The notes under the pieces: generated by a model
Seen by the model: only the letters and a program-made list of their open reading frames with translations
Databases searched by the model: none
What the model was told of the DNA's origin: nothing
Program-made: the position numbers and the translations under genes
In this document: in pieces, positions 27,790 to 32,000 of the stretch
How the letters are laid out: every line of letters starts with the position of its first letter
Position numbering within the stretch: position 1 is the first letter of the stretch
NCBI RefSeq assembly: GCF_001644705.1
Contig: NZ_CP015137.1
Location: 4,410,001 to 4,442,000, forward strand
Direction of reading: 5' to 3'
DNA length: 32,000 bases
Source: Dickeya solani IPO 2222
GTDB lineage: Bacteria; Pseudomonadota; Gammaproteobacteria; Enterobacterales; Enterobacteriaceae

Positions 27790-29265
27790 ATGGCGGTAAC
27801 GTCAACAGCCCAGGCTTGTGACCTGGTTATTTTCGGTGCAAAGGGCGACCTTGCGCGCCGCAAATTGCTGCCTTCACTGTATCAACTGGAAAAAGCAGGC
27901 CATATTCATCTGGAAACCCGCATTATCGGCGTGGGACGGGCGGAGTGGGATCGAGACGCCTATATCAAAGTGGTGCGCGAAGCGCTGGACACCTTTCTCA
28001 AGGAACCGCTCGACCCGGCATTGTGGACAACCCTGAGCAACCGGCTCGACTTCTGCAACCTTGATGTGGAAGACACCGAAGGGTTCAAGCGGCTGGGAAC
28101 GATGCTCGATCAGCAAAATCGCACCACCATCAATTATTTCGCCATGCCGCCGAGCACCTTCGGCGCTATCTGCCGCGGCCTGGGGCAGGCAGGCCTGAAC
28201 AAGGAGCCGGCACGCGTGGTGATGGAAAAACCGCTGGGCACCGACCTGTCGTCGTCACGGGTGATCAACAATCAGGTGGCGGAGTTTTTCAACGAATGTC
28301 AGGTCTACCGCATCGACCATTATCTCGGCAAGGAAACCGTGCTGAACCTGTTGGCGCTGCGTTTCGCCAACTCCCTGTTCGCCAACAACTGGGATAACCG
28401 CACTATCGATCACGTGCAGATTACCGTGGCGGAAGAGGTGGGCATTGAAGGGCGCTGGGGGTATTTCGATCAGGCCGGGCAAATGCGCGACATGATCCAG
28501 AACCACCTGTTGCAGATTCTGACCATGATTGCCATGTCGCCGCCGGCGGATCTGAGCACCGATCGCATTCGTGATGAAAAGGTGAAAGTCCTGCGCTCGC
28601 TGCGCCGTATCGATCGTTCCAATGTGCATGAAGTGACGGTCCGCGGGCAGTACACCGGCGGTTTTGTGCAGGGCAAGAAAGTGCCGGGCTACCTGGAAGA
28701 AGAAGGGGCCAACAAGAGCAGCAATACCGAAACCTTCGTGGCTATTCGCGTCGATATCGATGACTGGCGCTGGTCCGGCGTGCCGTTTTATCTGCGCACC
28801 GGCAAGCGTCTGCCGTCAAAATGTTCAGAAGTGGTGGTCTACTTTAAAAACCCGGCGCTCAATCTGTTCCACGATTCCTATCAGCAATTACCGCAAAATA
28901 AGCTGATCATCCGCCTGCAGCCGGACGAAGGGGTGGAAATTCAGATTCTGAACAAGATCCCGGGGCTGGACCACAAACATCGGTTGCAGACCACCAAGCT
29001 CGACTTGAGCTTCTCGGAAACGTTTAACCAGCAACATCTGGCGGACGCCTATGAGCGCCTGCTGCTGGAAACCATGCGCGGTATTCAGGCGCTGTTCGTG
29101 CGCCGCGACGAAGTGGAAGAGGCCTGGAAATGGGTGGACTCCATTATGGATGCCTGGGCAATGGACAATGACTCACCCAAACCTTATCAGGCAGGGACCT
29201 GGGGGCCGGTCGCGTCCGTCGCCATGATTACCCGCGATGGGCGTTCCTGGAACGAAGTGGAATAA
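27790..29265 (+). CDS. zwf: Glucose-6-phosphate 1-dehydrogenase (Zwf)
   Basis: From the ATG at 27790, MAVTSTAQACDLVIFGAKGDLARRKLLPSLYQLEKAG... with RIDHYLGKE and EKPLG motifs (491 aa) is colinear with E. coli Zwf. The track start at 27673 is an over-extension through the HexR operator. Confidence 0.98.
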   Translation: MAVTSTAQACDLVIFGAKGDLARRKLLPSLYQLEKAGHIHLETRIIGVGRAEWDRDAYIKVVREALDTFLKEPLDPALWTTLSNRLDFCNLDVEDTEGFKRLGTMLDQQNRTTINYFAMPPSTFGAICRGLGQAGLNKEPARVVMEKPLGTDLSSSRVINNQVAEFFNECQVYRIDHYLGKETVLNLLALRFANSLFANNWDNRTIDHVQITVAEEVGIEGRWGYFDQAGQMRDMIQNHLLQILTMIAMSPPADLSTDRIRDEKVKVLRSLRRIDRSNVHEVTVRGQYTGGFVQGKKVPGYLEEEGANKSSNTETFVAIRVDIDDWRWSGVPFYLRTGKRLPSKCSEVVVYFKNPALNLFHDSYQQLPQNKLIIRLQPDEGVEIQILNKIPGLDHKHRLQTTKLDLSFSETFNQQHLADAYERLLLETMRGIQALFVRRDEVEEAWKWVDSIMDAWAMDNDSPKPYQAGTWGPVASVAMITRDGRSWNEVE

Positions 29266-29417
29266 GCGGTTTTTCCCCGTCGAAAGGCGGGGCGAAGCCG
29301 TTAGCGTTTTTAGCTGACGGTGCGGTCGGACGTCCGTGGGTAACCGCGGATCCCTGTGGCAGGGGCGCGCCAGATCATTAATCGATGCCCGTTGGGCATG
29401 ACTGGAGATTACCCTTG

Positions 29418-30059
29418 ATGAAAAACTGGAAAACCAGTGCGGAACAGATTCTGACAGCCGGTCCGGTTGTTCCTGTTATTGTGATTAACAAACTGGAACA
29501 CGCGGTGCCGATGGCGAAAGCCCTGGTAGCGGGTGGTGTGCGTGTGCTGGAACTGACGCTGCGTACCGAGTGTGCGGTAGAGGCGATTCGCCTGATCGCG
29601 CAAGAAGTGCCGGACGCTATCGTCGGCGCCGGTACGGTCACCAACCCGCAGCAGCTGGCGGAAGTGACCGCAGCCGGTGCGCAGTTTGCCATCAGCCCCG
29701 GCCTGACCGAGCCGCTGCTGAAAGCCGCAACGGAAGGCACTATTCCGTTGATCCCAGGGATCAGCACCGTATCCGAACTGATGCTGGGGATGGATTACGG
29801 TTTGCGCGAGTTTAAATTTTTCCCGGCGGAAGCTAACGGTGGGGTGAAAGCGCTGCAGGCGATTGCCGGTCCGTTCGGTAAGATTCGTTTCTGCCCGACC
29901 GGTGGGATCTCGCTCAAGAATTACCGCGATTATCTGGCGCTGAAGAGCGTGCTGTGCGTCGGTGGTTCCTGGCTGGTGCCGGCCGATGCGCTGGAAAGCG
30001 GCGACTACGATCGCATCACGGTGCTGGCGCGTGAAGCCGTTGCCGGCGCGACAGCCTGA
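29418..30059 (+). CDS. eda: KDPG / KHG aldolase (Eda)
   Basis: From the ATG at 29418, [47 protein letters not shown]...[11 protein letters not shown] (213 aa) is near-identical to E. coli Eda. Confidence 0.98.
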   Translation: MKNWKTSAEQILTAGPVVPVIVINKLEHAVPMAKALVAGGVRVLELTLRTECAVEAIRLIAQEVPDAIVGAGTVTNPQQLAEVTAAGAQFAISPGLTEPLLKAATEGTIPLIPGISTVSELMLGMDYGLREFKFFPAEANGGVKALQAIAGPFGKIRFCPTGGISLKNYRDYLALKSVLCVGGSWLVPADALESGDYDRITVLAREAVAGATA

Positions 30060-30085
30060 CCGACGTTTTCCCCTCTTAATTCCCC

Positions 30086-30110
30086 AAGCCCGCTTTCGCG
30101 GGCTTTTTTG
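30086..30110 (+). terminator. Rho-independent terminator after eda
   Basis: AAGCCCGC-TTTC-GCGGGCTT followed by TTTTG TTTT. Confidence 0.88.
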
Positions 30111-30253
30111 TTTTCAGTCGGCGGGGCGATAAACCGTCTTGCGTTTGTGTAGACGGCATTGCTCGTTACAACAAACCTGTCGTCTGGCGCACGGTTATGG
30201 TGTTATCGGGGGGAGGATTCAGGCCCACGCTGGCGCATGGGCCTGGCGTGACC

Positions 30254-31432
30254 TCAGCCGCTTACCTTAACGGCTGACGCGGTGGCCTTGGCCAGTTGCA
30301 CGGCGGCGTCTGCGCTGTCGGCAGCCGCCAGTGCGACGCCCATACGGCGGCGACCGCTGATGTCCGGCTTGCCGAACAGGCGAATCTGGGTAGACGGCCG
30401 TAAGGCTTGCTCCAGCCCCTGATAACGCACATCGTTGCTGGTCAGTTCCGGCAGGATAACCGCGGAGGCTGACGGGCCATACTGGCGGATCGCGCCGATC
30501 GGCAGACCGAGGAACGCGCGCACATGCAGCGCAAACTCGGACAGATCCTGCGAGATGAGCGTCACCATGCCGGTATCGTGCGGGCGTGGCGAAACTTCAC
30601 TGAAGATGACCTCGTCGCCGCAAATAAACAGCTCCACGCCAAACAGGCCAAAACCGCCCAGCGCTTTCACCACGTTACCGGCGATCTCTTTGGCTCGCGT
30701 CAGCGCCAGCTCGCTCATCTGCTGCGGCTGCCAGGATTCACGGTAATCACCGTCTTCCTGACGATGGCCGATCGGCTCGCAGAAGTGCAGACCGTCAACC
30801 GCATGGATGGTCAACAGCGTGATTTCGAAATCGAATTTCACCAGCCCTTCCACAATCACTTTTCCGCCGCCGGCCCGACCGCCTTCCTGCGCATAGCGCC
30901 AGGCGTGGTCCAGCTGTTCCGTCGACCGGATCAGGCTCTGGCCTTTCCCCGATGAGCTCATCACCGGTTTGACGATACAGGGAAAACCCAACTCATGAGC
31001 CGCCTGACGGAACGCGGTTTCGTCAGCGGCAAAACGGTAGCTGGATGTCGGCAGGCTCAGCGTTTCCGCCGCCAGCCGACGGATGCCTTCGCGGTTCATG
31101 GTCAGACGGGTGGCTTCGGCGCACGGCACTACGTGTTGCCCCTGTTGTTCCAGCGCGACCAGCATATCCGTGGCGATAGCTTCGATTTCAGGCACGATGT
31201 AATCTGGGCGTTCCTGCGCCACCAGTTGTTTCAGTGCTTCGCCATCCAGCATATTGATGACGTGACTGCGGTGGGCGACTTGCATGGCCGGCGCGTGGGC
31301 GTAGCGATCGACCGCGATGACCTCAATACCCAGACGTTGACACTCAATCGCCACTTCTTTTCCCAGCTCGCCGGAGCCTAACAGCATAACGCGGGTGGCT
31401 CCGGGACGCAGGGCTGTTCCCATTGTTAACAT
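30254..31432 (-). CDS. purT: Formate-dependent phosphoribosylglycinamide formyltransferase (PurT, GAR transformylase 2)
   Basis: 392 aa, ...[56 protein letters not shown]... Colinear with and the same length as E. coli PurT. Confidence 0.97.
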   Translation of the reverse strand: MLTMGTALRPGATRVMLLGSGELGKEVAIECQRLGIEVIAVDRYAHAPAMQVAHRSHVINMLDGEALKQLVAQERPDYIVPEIEAIATDMLVALEQQGQHVVPCAEATRLTMNREGIRRLAAETLSLPTSSYRFAADETAFRQAAHELGFPCIVKPVMSSSGKGQSLIRSTEQLDHAWRYAQEGGRAGGGKVIVEGLVKFDFEITLLTIHAVDGLHFCEPIGHRQEDGDYRESWQPQQMSELALTRAKEIAGNVVKALGGFGLFGVELFICGDEVIFSEVSPRPHDTGMVTLISQDLSEFALHVRAFLGLPIGAIRQYGPSASAVILPELTSNDVRYQGLEQALRPSTQIRLFGKPDISGRRRMGVALAAADSADAAVQLAKATASAVKVSG

Positions 31433-31448
31433 AACCTGATACCTGATG

Positions 31449-31497
31449 GTGTTGTAAAAAAGAGCGTGTTGTAAAAAGAACGTGTAGTAAAAAACGG
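31449..31497 (-). repeat. Three tandem 16-17-nt direct repeats in the purT 5' leader (sense strand: TTTTT(T)AC(A/T)ACAC units)
   Basis: The plus-strand units are GTGTTGTAAAAAAGAGC (31449-65), GTGTTGTAAAAAGAAC (31466-81) and GTGTAGTAAAAAACGG (31482-97). A further 7-nt tandem duplication, ACCTGAT x2 (31434-47), covers the SD region. Confidence 0.9.
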
Positions 31498-31512
31498 GCA
31501 GACCGGTGCCCG
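31489..31512 (-). other. Terminator-like 5' stem-loop in the purT leader (CGGGCA-CCGGTC-TGCCCG + U6 on the sense strand)
   Basis: On the minus strand a 6-bp GC-rich stem (31495-31512) is followed immediately by TTTTTT (31489-31494). It lies downstream of the PurR box and the TATACT -10-like hexamer (31524-31529), and upstream of the ATG. Its function is unknown: attenuator, or a 5'-end stabilising hairpin. Confidence 0.45.
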
Positions 31513-31530
31513 AACGTGCCCGCAGTATAA

Positions 31531-31546
31531 ACGAAAACGTTTGCGT
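31531..31546. promoter_or_regulatory. PurR operator (PUR box) of purT
   Basis: The plus strand reads ACGAAAACGTTTGCGT, which is ACGCAAACGTTTTCGT on the purT strand. This is a 15/16 match to the consensus ACGCAAACGTTTGCGT. It is directly adjacent to a TATACT -10-like hexamer on the purT strand. Confidence 0.9.
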
Positions 31547-31731
31547 TTGGCATTGCTCGCGTACCGGTACGCAAAAGCGAGTGAAAAGTCATGCAGATCT
31601 CGGCACAAGCTGGATTCCCCCGATGATTCATGACAGGCTTTGGGCATTTGCTGTCTCACCACCGTTGGCCCGCCGGCGCGGGGCGGGATGGAAGGCAGAG
31701 CCTGATCAATGAATGGAAAGGAGTGACGTGG

Positions 31732-32000
31732 ATGAAAGCGCCGCAAGCCGAAAAACGCCCGCATGCGATGACGATGCATGGCGATACCCGCATCGATAAT
31801 TACTATTGGCTGCGAGATGATGAACGGAGCAACCCGGATGTGTTGGCCTGGCTGCAGGAAGAGAATCTCTATTGCGATCAGATCATGGCGCCCCATGCCG
31901 CGCTGCGTCAGACCTTATATGAGGAAATGGTGGCGCGGATCCCCGGTGAAGACGTCTCCGTGCCCTACGTGAAACGCGGCTATCGTTACCAGAGCCGCTA
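31732..32000 (+). CDS. ptrB: Oligopeptidase B (protease II, S9A family), N-terminal fragment running off the window
   Basis: This ORF is absent from the supplied track because it has no stop in the window. The ATG at 31732 has AAGGAG 8 nt upstream. [45 protein letters not shown].Y...IP..DVSVPY.K.GYRY matches the E. coli PtrB N-terminus (..[32 protein letters not shown].Y). The frame stays open to nt 32000. Confidence 0.9.
   Translation, partial: [89 protein letters not shown]

Noticed and set aside
29266-29417. A KdgR operator upstream of eda, expected if this were a Dickeya-type kdgA promoter.
   Set aside because: I scanned the spacer for the TGAAA-N-TTTCA-type core and found none. Only GC-rich hairpins and the ATGCCC-GTT-GGGCAT palindrome are present.
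31426-31896. A 156-aa minus-strand ORF upstream of purT spanning the PurR box and the ptrB start.
   Set aside because: It covers the regulatory region and lies antisense to the well-supported ptrB N-terminus. Its composition is implausible and it has no SD.

Overview
This window is a chromosomal core segment of an Enterobacterales genome. G+C appears to be in the mid-50s % (judged by eye), and gene content and order suggest a Dickeya-like member of the Pectobacteriaceae; that taxonomic call is inference only. From argS (3070) to ptrB (31732) the order is colinear, from memory, with the E. coli K-12 argS...ptrB segment: argS, yecM, cutC, cmoB, cmoA, yecN, yecE, aspS, nudB, yebC, ruvC, ruvA, ruvB, znuB, znuC, znuA, mepM, lpxM, pykA, hexR, zwf, eda, purT, ptrB. 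The left end carries yceH'-mviM-murJ, which is far from argS in E. coli.

Four operators can be read directly from the sequence:
- a LexA box upstream of ruvA
- a Zur box between znuC and znuA
- HexR palindromes between hexR and zwf
- a PurR box upstream of purT

Several clean rho-independent terminators are also present.

Compared with my memory of E. coli, torYZ, yecD, yebB, edd and yebEFG are absent. Four small lineage-specific insertions are present:
- an extremely AT-rich spacer with a tiny membrane-protein ORF (4.9-5.5 kb)
- an orphan 85-aa ORF (7.36-7.61 kb)
- a NiCoT-family nickel/cobalt permease between ruvC and ruvA
- a 1.5-kb islet between lpxM and pykA encoding two signal-peptide proteins

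I found no multi-gene defence, secretion, mobile-element or CRISPR system, and no tRNA or rRNA gene. The most unusual content is the lpxM-pykA islet. It holds a low-complexity secreted protein, a nested inverted-repeat element, and a 134-aa secreted protein made of 5.5 near-perfect 20-residue tandem repeats that I cannot assign to a known family. A second point of interest is the structured, repeat-containing purT leader. Many long ORFs in the supplied track are codon-aligned antisense shadows of real genes or 5' over-extensions, and I trimmed or rejected them.
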